Assembly: GCA_965223905.1 (NCBI GenBank)
Contig: CBDCXV010000011.1
Location: 896,001 to 960,000 of the forward strand
Length of the DNA: 64,000 nucleotides
Direction of reading: 5' to 3'
From: Candidatus Latescibacterota bacterium
GTDB lineage: Bacteria; Latescibacterota; UBA2968; UBA8231
In this document: piece by piece, positions 1 to 8,785 of the stretch
Layout of the letters: every line of letters starts with the position of its first letter
Position numbering within the stretch: position 1 is the first letter of the stretch
Made by a program: the position numbers and the translations under genes
Notes under the pieces: generated by a model
Database searches by the model: none
What the model was told of the DNA's origin: nothing
The model's input: only the letters and a program-made list of their open reading frames with translations

Positions 1-1252
1 GGGTGATCCACACTGGAAAATCAGGTGCGAGCCAATACACCATGACCACAAACCCCAAGGTGCTGAGGGTCCAGATGCCCAGCGCCGTCCCAATGCGAAT
101 ATCCCCACGCTCTCGAGATGGCCCCTCCTCCGGCATCCGCCGCTCCTGGACCGCCTTGCGCATGGCCCTGCCCGCGGTCCAGAATCCCACCACTGCCACC
201 ACAATGGCTCCGCCAATGGAAAAACTCAGCCAGAAATCGAAGGAGTTGGAGATCATGGTGGGAATAGCCGACATGCCAGGGGACCAGGTATGCAGAATCC
301 CGGTGGTGTAGAGGATGGGGTTGGCCACTAGGTTGACCAGGATCGAGGAGGCAAAACTTCCCACCACCACCCAAAATGGCAGCACCAAACCGACGAGCAG
401 GTGAAACAGATCGGTTGCCAGTCCCAGTACGGCTGCCGGTAGCACCGCTTTCAGGGGCACGGTGATATCTGCGAATGGAATCGGCAGAATGGACACGGTC
501 TCGGTCAGGAAGACGCTCGAGAGCGTGGGCACGACCACGTAGATCCCCCCCCACACTGAACCGATAAAGGTGCCGGTGCTGAACACGTGCCAGCGCCAAC
601 CCTCCTGCTTGGAAGAGGTCTCGGCCAGGGCCGTGGCGCCTCCGGCCTGGACATAGGCCATGGGAAAGGGCAGGCGTTCAATGTCGTGGGTGATCCTGAA
701 GAGGAAATACCCCAGGGACAGCGCATTGATCCGCTGGAGCACGACCGCCAGAAGCAGGATGGCGATGGGTTCAATCCAGGCCTGGTGCAGGAAGGTGCGG
801 TCCAACAGAGCTTCCGCCCCTCTGGGGGGTACGACCCAATCGGGTATGTACTGGTCCAGACCGTCGGCCTGGGGCGACTGGATCAGGTATTGATCCCAGA
901 TCAAAACCCCAAAAGGTCCGCCAAACAGGTCGGCACCGGTCCCCAATTTGCCCCCCATCATCACCAGGCCGCCGGCCACCCAGTAGAGAATGATGATTTC
1001 CTGAGTGCGCAGGCGCACAAAGGTGCGCTTGGCGATCTCGATGAACAGAATAAGGGTCACCCACTCGGCCCCCCCAGCCATACTCTGACCGGTGACCAAG
1101 CCCAGGTAAATCGCTCCGGGGAGCATGACGAAGCCCACGAAGAGGGCCGCCCAGAGGGTTTTCACATTGAAACCCGGCTCAAAGGGAGCGTCCCCGGGCG
1201 CAATCTCGAAGCGCTCCTTAGTCTCCCTCCGATTCTGAAAAACCTCCCCCAA
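1..1252 (-). CDS. OPT-superfamily-like peptide transporter, polytopic inner-membrane protein (3' end runs off the window)
   Basis: Missing from the ORF track because it has no stop in the window. Manual translation gives ..EPGFNVKTLWAALFVGFVMLPGAIYLGLVTGQSMAGGAEWVTLILFIEIAKR..DIERLPFPMA.., with many hydrophobic helices. TTG start at 1252 has an AAGGAG RBS 5 nt upstream. Confidence 0.75.
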   Translation of the reverse strand, partial: MGEVFQNRRETKERFEIAPGDAPFEPGFNVKTLWAALFVGFVMLPGAIYLGLVTGQSMAGGAEWVTLILFIEIAKRTFVRLRTQEIIILYWVAGGLVMMGGKLGTGADLFGGPFGVLIWDQYLIQSPQADGLDQYIPDWVVPPRGAEALLDRTFLHQAWIEPIAILLLAVVLQRINALSLGYFLFRITHDIERLPFPMAYVQAGGATALAETSSKQEGWRWHVFSTGTFIGSVWGGIYVVVPTLSSVFLTETVSILPIPFADITVPLKAVLPAAVLGLATDLFHLLVGLVLPFWVVVGSFASSILVNLVANPILYTTGILHTWSPGMSAIPTMISNSFDFWLSFSIGGAIVVAVVGFWTAGRAMRKAVQERRMPEEGPSRERGDIRIGTALGIWTLSTLGFVVMVYWLAPDFPVWIT

Positions 1253-1419
1253 GAAAACTCCTTTTCTAAAGGATCAACCAGCAGGTCCAACAGACCTGGA
1301 ATATACAGTATCCCTCCTGAGCATTATATGCTTTTGACCAGATAAGCTTTTGACCAGCCTATTTTCCCCTTTGCCCAATCCTTATTTTTGCGCTTACATT
1401 TCGGATCTTGCTTTGCAAT

Positions 1420-3357
1420 ATGCAACAGGAAACCCCATCCTCACCCAAAGGCCTGACCTTTCGCTCCATGCTCCTGGGCATTGCCATGGTCCTCGTGGTG
1501 TGCGTGGGATCCCCGTATTCGATCTGGATCGTCGGCTCTTCCGAACCAACCTGGTCCTTCTTTCCCTGGGGTGTGGGTTTTCCCTTTGTCCTTCTCTACT
1601 TTGCCAATGCCCTGTGCCGGCGCCTGAAGCGGTCCTGGGCGCTCAGACCAGCCGAAGTGGTGACCATTATGACCATGGGGCTGGTGGTGAGCGGCATACC
1701 CATCTTCATGGTGGGGTGGGGCTTGGCCATTATCGCCAGTCCCTACTACGGAGCCACGCCGGAGAACAATTGGGCCGAATACTTCCACCCCTACCTGCCG
1801 GAGTGGGCCATTCCACAGGACGAAGCGGGGGCCATGCGTTGGTTTTACGAGGGGTTGCCGTCCGACCAGGGTTTCCCCTTTCAGATCTGGATCGGGCCGC
1901 TTTTCTGGTGGACCAGCCTGGTTCTGGCAGTCTATTTCGTCTCCTTCTGCCTGGTAGTTCTCTTCCGCAGACAGTGGATCGAGTACGAACGTCTGACCTT
2001 TCCGATGACCGAGCTGCCGCGCCTGATGGTAGAGGAAAGAGATGACGCTACCGTCCCCCTGCTGCACTCCCAGAGCTTCTGGATAGGATTTGGCCTAGCG
2101 CTGGGCATCATGCTGTTCAACATCATCAGCTATTTCCATCCCGGTTTTCCCCAGCTGGCCATCCACCGGGCAATGACGCTGCACATTACCCCGGACTTTC
2201 CACCCATCCACCTGATGATTTACCTGCCTGTTCTCGGTTTCATGTTCCTGGTCAGTGCCCATATTTCTTTTAGTATCTGGTTTTTCTATTTGCTGGCTAC
2301 CGTGCAGGAAGGCATCATCAATCGGATTGGCTATGATATAAGCTCTCCAGAACCCTTTGCCTGGGGTTTGCAGACCCTCAACTGGCAGGCATGGGGCGCT
2401 TTCACTGCCATGGTGTTGTGGAGTGTGTGGATGGGCCGCCGGCACCTGTCAGCGGTCTTTCTCCACGCCTTTAAAATCGGCGAGCGCATCGACGACCAGG
2501 AGGAGATGATATCCTACCGCGCCGCGGTTTACGGCACCCTTGCAGGACTGGTCTACGTAGTGTGGTGGCTGTGTCGCTCCGGCATGGATTTTCACGTGGC
2601 GCTTCTGGCGGTGTTCGGAGTTCTGGTGGCCTATATCGGCCTCACCCGCCTGGTCGTCCAGTCCGGACTCTACTACCTTACCATTCCGATTCCAGGTCAG
2701 TCGTTTGCCCTGGCTATAACCGGTACTGCCATTGCGCCCACCAATCTGGTGGCCGTATCAGTATCCTATTCCTGGTTCGGAGATGTGCAGTCCATTTTCA
2801 TGCCCTCGGCGGCCCACGGTGCCCGACTCAACGAATTGTACGGCCGGCACCGCCGTCTCTTGGGGATCGCCATGGGCCTGGCCGTCCTGATAGGGTTTAT
2901 TGCCTCCCTGTATTTCATCCTCTACATATGCTATCAGTACGGAAGTAGCAACTTGCGGGGCGCAGTGTGGCAAGCGGGTGGCGGGATAGCGTTCGGGGGG
3001 ATGCTCTACCACATCGACAATCCCGCGTCCACGAACTGGTGGAAATTGTTCCTGTTCGCCATCGGACTGGTGGTCTACTCGGTGCTGTCCTTTTGCCACT
3101 ACCGCTTTTCCTGGTGGCCCCTGCACCCAGTAGGCCTCACAGTATCTACCTTGTGGATGATCCGCAAAACGGTGGTTTCCGTATTCCTGGCCTGGGCCAT
3201 CAAGAGCGTGGTCATGTACTATGGGGGGGTCAATGGGTATCGCAAGATCCGCCCCTTCTTCCTGGGGCTGATAGTGGGTTATTTCCTGGGGATAGGGACT
3301 TCATTCACCGTGGACTGGGCGTGGTTCTTCGGCAAGGGGCATCCCATTCTCAACTAG
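1420..3357 (+). CDS. DUF6785/DUF6784-type polytopic membrane protein (putative transporter)
   Basis: ~645 aa hydrophobic protein with motifs GLTFRS, RQW..YERLTFPM, WWPLHPVG and PFFLGLIVG; paralog of 38428..40395. ATG at 1420 preferred over TTG at 1408. Confidence 0.8.
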   Translation: MQQETPSSPKGLTFRSMLLGIAMVLVVCVGSPYSIWIVGSSEPTWSFFPWGVGFPFVLLYFANALCRRLKRSWALRPAEVVTIMTMGLVVSGIPIFMVGWGLAIIASPYYGATPENNWAEYFHPYLPEWAIPQDEAGAMRWFYEGLPSDQGFPFQIWIGPLFWWTSLVLAVYFVSFCLVVLFRRQWIEYERLTFPMTELPRLMVEERDDATVPLLHSQSFWIGFGLALGIMLFNIISYFHPGFPQLAIHRAMTLHITPDFPPIHLMIYLPVLGFMFLVSAHISFSIWFFYLLATVQEGIINRIGYDISSPEPFAWGLQTLNWQAWGAFTAMVLWSVWMGRRHLSAVFLHAFKIGERIDDQEEMISYRAAVYGTLAGLVYVVWWLCRSGMDFHVALLAVFGVLVAYIGLTRLVVQSGLYYLTIPIPGQSFALAITGTAIAPTNLVAVSVSYSWFGDVQSIFMPSAAHGARLNELYGRHRRLLGIAMGLAVLIGFIASLYFILYICYQYGSSNLRGAVWQAGGGIAFGGMLYHIDNPASTNWWKLFLFAIGLVVYSVLSFCHYRFSWWPLHPVGLTVSTLWMIRKTVVSVFLAWAIKSVVMYYGGVNGYRKIRPFFLGLIVGYFLGIGTSFTVDWAWFFGKGHPILN

Positions 3358-3411
3358 TGGCTACCCGAGCGCGGGCCCTGACCAACCGCTAACAAACTTC
3401 GGCCGCACTGG

Positions 3412-5139
3412 CTAGAGCCTTTTCACATTTCCCTCGTATACCTTTATGAGCTCAGCGTATTTTTTCCGCAGCTCCTCCAGGTAGTAATTGAAGATACTCC
3501 CCTCCTTCTCTTCCTTCACCGCTCTCACCACCATCCCCTGCACCCACTTGTTCGCTAGAGTGTCGAAACTCTCGGCATATCTGTGGAACACCTTGAAGAT
3601 CGAATATCCCCCCTTTGTCTCCACAGGTCCCTGCAACTCGTTCAGTGGAGCATTCATGGCGGTGTTCATCCACTCCTCTCCGTACAGGGGATGCTGTATA
3701 TCGAAGACCCTGAGGACGCCCTCCTCCACATTGTAGCGGCGAATACTGTACTGGCCTATCAGTTCGGACAGTTCGGCCCCTGTCTCGATCTGCCGGACCA
3801 GATCCCTGGCCTGGTCCGGATCTTCGACCAGCAGCTCCTGGAGGTGGGCCTGGGCGGGAATGCGAAAGCGCCGCTTGTGCGATTCGTAGTAGGCCGCCAG
3901 ATCCTCTTGGGCCACCAGCAACCTCTCTTCCAGGACCAAGTCGCGCAAGTGGACGAGCACGAGGTCTTCCTTCTCGGCTTGCAACAACCGGCGAAAAGCG
4001 TCGGTCTGATCCACCCCGCGTCCACGGCCATCGCATGCCATCACCTCGACAGGCAAAAGAGTTCTTTTTAGTTCGACAATTACTTCTTCCTGATTTATTT
4101 GTCGCAATTGCGCCTTTGCCGGCTCTACAGCCTCTATCACCTCTTCCACGCCCAGCACGACATCGCCGAAGGTATATACTGGCAAACGAAGCCGCTCCTC
4201 GGGTAGGGTACTGAGAGAACGTCCATCCTTCAAAACCTGGACGACCACCTCCATATTTTGTGGATGGGAGCGAAAATCGAGTTCTGTCCTGAGTCGCCTG
4301 AGATACCTCTCGCGCAGTATATCCACTTTGAGATCGTGCAAATAGGTTCTGATTTTGTCCCGCACCTCCTCGATTTTCACCCTGCGGCGCTCCCTGGCCC
4401 TGGCGATGACATGGCCTCCTCTGAGGGGGATGGGTCCGGTTGTTCCACCTTCCGGGAGCACGAAGACCCTGCGCACCACTGCCTTGGGGGCATCGTAGGG
4501 AGAGTAGGTGAAGTGATCGGACTTCCCCGAAGGCAGGCCCATCATGCGATCCACCGCGTGAAGACGAGCAACTTCGGCAAAATCCATTCCATTTTCCAAA
4601 AGATCCACCACCTTTTGGGCGGTCTCCTCATCGGGCACAAAGATTTCCTGGCTCACGACCTGTACCGACCAACCTGCCTGCTGGTAGGCCTGTTCGATCT
4701 CCTCCTCCTCTACGGAGACCTCGTCGTAGACTTCGAGCCGCATCATCTCATCGTGCAGCTTCCTCTTTTTCTCCTCTTCCAGCCGCTCTAAGACCTGTCG
4801 ATCCTCTTCCAAGCCTTGCGCCCGAGCTTCTGCGAGCAGTACCCGGCGATCGATCAAGGTCTGTAGATGGCTCCTGTACTCTTCTGCAGTCCGGGGACTG
4901 GAGGGCCGCCCGGAGACAAAAGCGCGCAGATCACCGGCCGTGATCCGGTCCTCGCCGACCTTGGCCAGGAAGGCGGAATCTTCCAGCGGCTGGGCGCATC
5001 CGCCGAGCAAGATCCCCCCCATCAGGAGCAACCACACAGCGAACCGCCGTCTTCTCAGATCCGGACATAAAGAACCAGGAGCCGGAATCCGCTTCCAGCT
5101 CCTGGTTGAAAAACGCCCCGATGCTGCAATTCTAAGCAC
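3412..5139 (-). CDS. PpiC/parvulin-type peptidyl-prolyl isomerase lipoprotein (SurA/PrsA-like, two rotamase domains)
   Basis: Lipobox LLGGC; SurA-N-like LAKVGEDRITAGDL and LIDRRVLLAEARAQGL; two rotamase-like segments (GMDFAEVAR..GPIPLRGGHVI; GAELSELIGQYS..GPVETKGGYSIFKV). Start codon uncertain. Confidence 0.8.
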   Translation of the reverse strand: MLRIAASGRFSTRSWKRIPAPGSLCPDLRRRRFAVWLLLMGGILLGGCAQPLEDSAFLAKVGEDRITAGDLRAFVSGRPSSPRTAEEYRSHLQTLIDRRVLLAEARAQGLEEDRQVLERLEEEKKRKLHDEMMRLEVYDEVSVEEEEIEQAYQQAGWSVQVVSQEIFVPDEETAQKVVDLLENGMDFAEVARLHAVDRMMGLPSGKSDHFTYSPYDAPKAVVRRVFVLPEGGTTGPIPLRGGHVIARARERRRVKIEEVRDKIRTYLHDLKVDILRERYLRRLRTELDFRSHPQNMEVVVQVLKDGRSLSTLPEERLRLPVYTFGDVVLGVEEVIEAVEPAKAQLRQINQEEVIVELKRTLLPVEVMACDGRGRGVDQTDAFRRLLQAEKEDLVLVHLRDLVLEERLLVAQEDLAAYYESHKRRFRIPAQAHLQELLVEDPDQARDLVRQIETGAELSELIGQYSIRRYNVEEGVLRVFDIQHPLYGEEWMNTAMNAPLNELQGPVETKGGYSIFKVFHRYAESFDTLANKWVQGMVVRAVKEEKEGSIFNYYLEELRKKYAELIKVYEGNVKRL

Positions 5140-5905
5140 CCGATTGCTCCTCCGCCACCTTTATGACTCCCTGGTCCACCTTGAAGCGGAACTCGACATC
5201 GACGGTATTTTCCGGATTGCCGCTGGCGTCGAAGGAGAGGACAAATTCGTTCATTTTGACCACGATTTCCTGATTTCTCTCGGGCAGAGGATCGAAGACC
5301 AGAAAACCCGTGAACTGGCTTTCTTTGAAGATCGGACGGTGGCGGTGGTACACGGTCTTATAAACTACGCCCATGCGCTCCAGATTGAGTTCCTTTTCAT
5401 TGCCCGAAATGCCCAGCTCGGTCCTGTAGTATTCGCTGAAAGTGTTTCCCCCCAGGGGATTGGTCCCTTTGCGGCCGGGATCGTAATAGCGCAAGTTTTC
5501 CCCCGTATCAGTGATCAGGATTGATTTGGCCGGATCGAACTCGATCTTGGCATAGGTTTTGTTGATCACGGTCACCTGGAACACGGTAAAGCGCGGGGGG
5601 ATATACCCTTTGTCAGGGTCTTTCTTTTCGTGGGTATAGGGATTGACGTGCCGGGCATCGAACAAAGGCGGGAACCGCTGGTTGAGTTCGTCGTCGGTGA
5701 CGTGCTTTATTTTGATGAGGGTCCCTTCCTTGCTGAAGACCACGGAATTATCTTCCAGATCGATGTAGTAATCCCCGCGTCCCTCCGGCAGGAGGGGCTC
5801 CATGTGCATCTGGTATTTCAATTTAGGTGGAATCAGACCAGCACAACCACACGCGAACCCCACAGCCAACAAAACTAAGATCACAACCGCGCGATCTCGT
5901 CTCAT
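5132..5905 (-). CDS. Hypothetical lipoprotein, paralog of 18262..19059
   Basis: Signal peptide ending FACGC. Shares blocks with the 18262 protein: PYT..GYIPPRFTVFQVTVINKT..IEFDP versus PYT..GYAPPLWTVFDITLINRT..VELDP, and C-terminal FRFKVDQGV versus FHFNVVQGV. Confidence 0.75.
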   Translation of the reverse strand: MRRDRAVVILVLLAVGFACGCAGLIPPKLKYQMHMEPLLPEGRGDYYIDLEDNSVVFSKEGTLIKIKHVTDDELNQRFPPLFDARHVNPYTHEKKDPDKGYIPPRFTVFQVTVINKTYAKIEFDPAKSILITDTGENLRYYDPGRKGTNPLGGNTFSEYYRTELGISGNEKELNLERMGVVYKTVYHRHRPIFKESQFTGFLVFDPLPERNQEIVVKMNEFVLSFDASGNPENTVDVEFRFKVDQGVIKVAEEQSGA

Positions 5906-5950
5906 GAACACAGCTCAATCCTCCTGGTCTCGATGGTGAAAAGATATGAT

Positions 5951-6418
5951 TTAGTTGGGATGGGAAAGCTGGACCTGACGAGCAGCTTTTTGCCTTTTGG
6001 TTTTGGCCGCATCTTCGGTCTCCACGTCGATCTTCTCGATCCCCGCCTGGACGGCTATTTCCATCGCATCTATGACGAAGCCGTGGGGCGTCTTGGCATC
6101 GGCAGTGATGATCAGGGTGGCAGAGCCTGTGCGGCTCTTCTCTCCCCGCAGCAACCCGGCCAATTCCCCCATGCCCACCAGGCGACTGTTGACTTCGAGC
6201 TGCCCTTCGGCCGAGATTCTCAGATTCAGTTTTTTCTCCGGCTTGAGCTTGTCGTAGTTCGTCGCCTCCGGCAACTCGATTTTAAGCTGGGTGGCCTTGA
6301 CAAATACCGTGGTCACCATGAAGAATATGAGCAACAGAAACACCGCATCAATCAGCGATGTCAGGTTCAATTCGACCTGGTTGGCTTCTTCGCTCAGCGA
6401 CCTCCTACCTCGGGCCAT
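5951..6418 (-). CDS. exbD: ExbD/TolR biopolymer transport protein
   Basis: Canonical TM motif LNLTSLIDAVFLLLIFFMV with the conserved Asp; periplasmic motif IITADAKTPHGFVIDAME. Confidence 0.9.
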   Translation of the reverse strand: MARGRRSLSEEANQVELNLTSLIDAVFLLLIFFMVTTVFVKATQLKIELPEATNYDKLKPEKKLNLRISAEGQLEVNSRLVGMGELAGLLRGEKSRTGSATLIITADAKTPHGFVIDAMEIAVQAGIEKIDVETEDAAKTKRQKAARQVQLSHPN

Positions 6419-6424
6419 AGCGCA

Positions 6425-6847
6425 TCATCCTTCCCCGCCTTTGGCAAAGGCAACTCCTTCAATGCCCTGGCCGCGGGCTATGTCAGCGACCTTTACTACC
6501 TCCTGGTGGGGCACCGTCCGATCCGCTTCCAAGATTATGTTCTTGGAATTGTCGGTCTTCATCACCTGGCGTATCTTTTCAGCCAGCCTCGCCCTTTCGG
6601 TGACCTCGCCGTTGACCTGGATTACCCCACCCGGCTCCATTACGATGTTCATGTCCTTGGTCGCCCTAGATTCACTGCTCCCGCTGCCGGGCAGGTCCAC
6701 GCTAAGCCCTTTGGGGTTGACAAAGGTGGTGGCCACCATGAAGAAGACCAGCAGGAGAAACATGCAGTTGATCAAAGACGTCAGATCCGGATTTACGTTG
6801 GTCTCGAAGCGGGCCTTGGTCCTCGAAGAGCGCCTTCTTCGCGCCAT
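6425..6847 (-). CDS. exbD: ExbD/TolR protein with Asn in place of the conserved TM Asp
   Basis: TM motif PDLTSLINCMFLLLVFFMV and periplasmic IILEADRTVPHQEVVKVAD; GGAG-like RBS upstream. Confidence 0.88.
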   Translation of the reverse strand: MARRRRSSRTKARFETNVNPDLTSLINCMFLLLVFFMVATTFVNPKGLSVDLPGSGSSESRATKDMNIVMEPGGVIQVNGEVTERARLAEKIRQVMKTDNSKNIILEADRTVPHQEVVKVADIARGQGIEGVAFAKGGEG

Positions 6848-6872
6848 TTCGCTCTCCTACGCTTGTCGTTGC

Positions 6873-8051
6873 GGGTGTAGCCGCGTCTTTACGCAGCCAT
6901 CGTGTAGGGTTGAGAGGTAGTCTTTTTAAGGTACCAGTTCCAGAAGGCCTCCCATCGTTTCGATTGCACGTGGACTCGTAAGTTGAGAATCTGCTGTCCG
7001 CCTTCGCGCGTCCAGCGCATGCCGCTTCGTTTGAGTCGATGACCGACCAGGGTCTTGGCGGCCGCCTCTACGGGACCACTGGAGAGGATCAACTCCGAAG
7101 CGTGATAGCCAGCGTAGTCCATTTTATCCCGGTTGGTGCGGAAGTAGCCCAGTTCGGTGGTCGCCTGACGATGGCGTTGTGATCCTTTTGGGAGTTGGGC
7201 GGCGTGATAGAAGTCGAGGATGCGGGTGAAGCCGCTGAACACCCGGTGTTCCTCCACGGTGCGCCAGATCTCGCGCTTGCCGTCTGCCAACACCACCCGG
7301 TGCGCATAGCTACCCTGCTGCAAGGCTCGACCTGTCTGGCTCACCAGGCCCTTGACCAGGGTTTTCATCTTCGCCTCGGGCATGCGCGCGGCATAGCGCT
7401 CGTCGACGCGTTGGAGCTCTTCGCCCTCGGGGTCCAGGGGCGTCAGGTAGGTGGCGACCATGCCCACGCCCGCCTCTTTCCAGGCAGTAGATAGTAGATG
7501 CGCTTTCGGTATCGCGGTCCATCGGTCGTTTGGGCGGTCGTCCGCGCTTGGGCGCCGGTTCCCGCAGGGGCACGGTGACGCCGTCCCAACTGACCACCAG
7601 GGTGTCGCCCTCGACATCCAGCGGCGCCGTCTCTTGCAATGCCAGCTCGAGCTGCTCGGCGTGGTCTTCGGCATACTGCCCTACGGTAGTCAACAGGTGT
7701 TGAATGGCGGTGCGCGAGGGCGGCTCGGGCAGCAATTCACTCAAGCTGTCCTCGACATCGGCCGGGACCATGCCGGCGCCAAGAAACGCGGTCAGGCGCT
7801 CCAACTCCGGGACCATGAATCGCTTGACCATGGCGCAACGCTCGTCCATAGGCACGCGGCTGGGGCCGCCGCGATCGGGCTGATACAGCCGCGGCGGCAT
7901 CACGACCTTGCCCCACAGGGTCATCCACTCCTTGTCGACCACCTGCTTGAATCGATACACCTTACCGTGGTGTACGAAGCGGTTTCCAACGCTTGGCTCA
8001 AGCTTGGGGTCTCTCTTTATTAAAGAAATGCGTAAAATGGAGGCTACACCC
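6873..8051 (-). mobile_element. ISKra4-like insertion sequence, defective (1179 bp)
   Basis: 23-bp TIRs GGGTGTAGCCgcgtcTTTACGCA / GGGTGTAGCCtccatTTTACGCA (19/23); 8-bp TSD GTCGTTGC at 6865-6872 and 8052-8059. Confidence 0.88.
6889..7960 (-). pseudogene. ISKra4-like DDE transposase, frameshifted and apparently internally deleted
   Basis: Split over ORFs 7310..7960 (VVSWDGV) and 6889..7674 (VLADG, ILDFYHA, SGPVEAAAK..RLKRSGMRW). Confidence 0.82.
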
Positions 8052-8718
8052 GTCGTTGCTGACCGGACTGGAAACGCACTAGCAGGGTATTTGCAAAAGC
8101 GTGACAGTAGAGCTCAACACTCTTGAAGATCTTATCCGCCCGCCTCGACAAATAGCGGTGGAAGAAGATGGTCGGAATTGCCACGATCAGACCGCTGGCC
8201 GTGGTGATGAGGGCTTCCGAGATCCCACTGGCCACCGCCGCAGGGTCCCCGGCACCCGCCCGAGAAATGGCGTCAAAAGCCCGGATCATCCCCATAATGG
8301 TCCCCAGCAAACCCATCAGCGGCGCCAGCACCCCGATCGTTCCCAAGGCATTGAGCCCGCGTCCCAAGTAGTCGACGCCGGATTCTTCAGTAACCAAGAT
8401 CAACTCCTGTCGCATATCCTCGATATCCGTGCGGTTCTCCAGAATCAGGGTATCGTAGCGCTTGAGCAAAGTGGCAAAAATGTAATTGAGCACTCCACTG
8501 CCCTGTCTGAAATGATCCACCGCCCCTTCTTCTCCCTGGGCTTTCAACGTCTCTTCGGCCGCATTCAGCTCCTCTTCCCCTTTTTGTTCGTCGGGTACCC
8601 GGAACAATCCCCAGAGCCTGTCGATGATAATCCCTACAGCTATCAGCGAACAGAGAAACAAGGGCCACATCATGGGGCCTCCCTTAAAGAATGAATCCAC
8701 CAGAAAATTCTGTGCCAT
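8044..8718 (-). CDS. exbB: MotA/TolQ/ExbB proton channel protein
   Basis: GGPMMWPL; signature APLMGLLGTIMGMIRAF and ISEALITTASGLIVAIP. The last two codons and the stop are supplied by the IS end. Confidence 0.92.
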   Translation of the reverse strand: MAQNFLVDSFFKGGPMMWPLFLCSLIAVGIIIDRLWGLFRVPDEQKGEEELNAAEETLKAQGEEGAVDHFRQGSGVLNYIFATLLKRYDTLILENRTDIEDMRQELILVTEESGVDYLGRGLNALGTIGVLAPLMGLLGTIMGMIRAFDAISRAGAGDPAAVASGISEALITTASGLIVAIPTIFFHRYLSRRADKIFKSVELYCHAFANTLLVRFQSGQQRRV

Positions 8719-8785
8719 GTAATCCCTCCTAGAGGCTAAAATTAATGCGAATCAACTAAGAGATAGAATTCAAATATAGGACTCC

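Noticed and set aside
587-1345. 252-aa plus-strand ORF
   Set aside because: Antisense shadow of the minus-strand OPT-like transporter.
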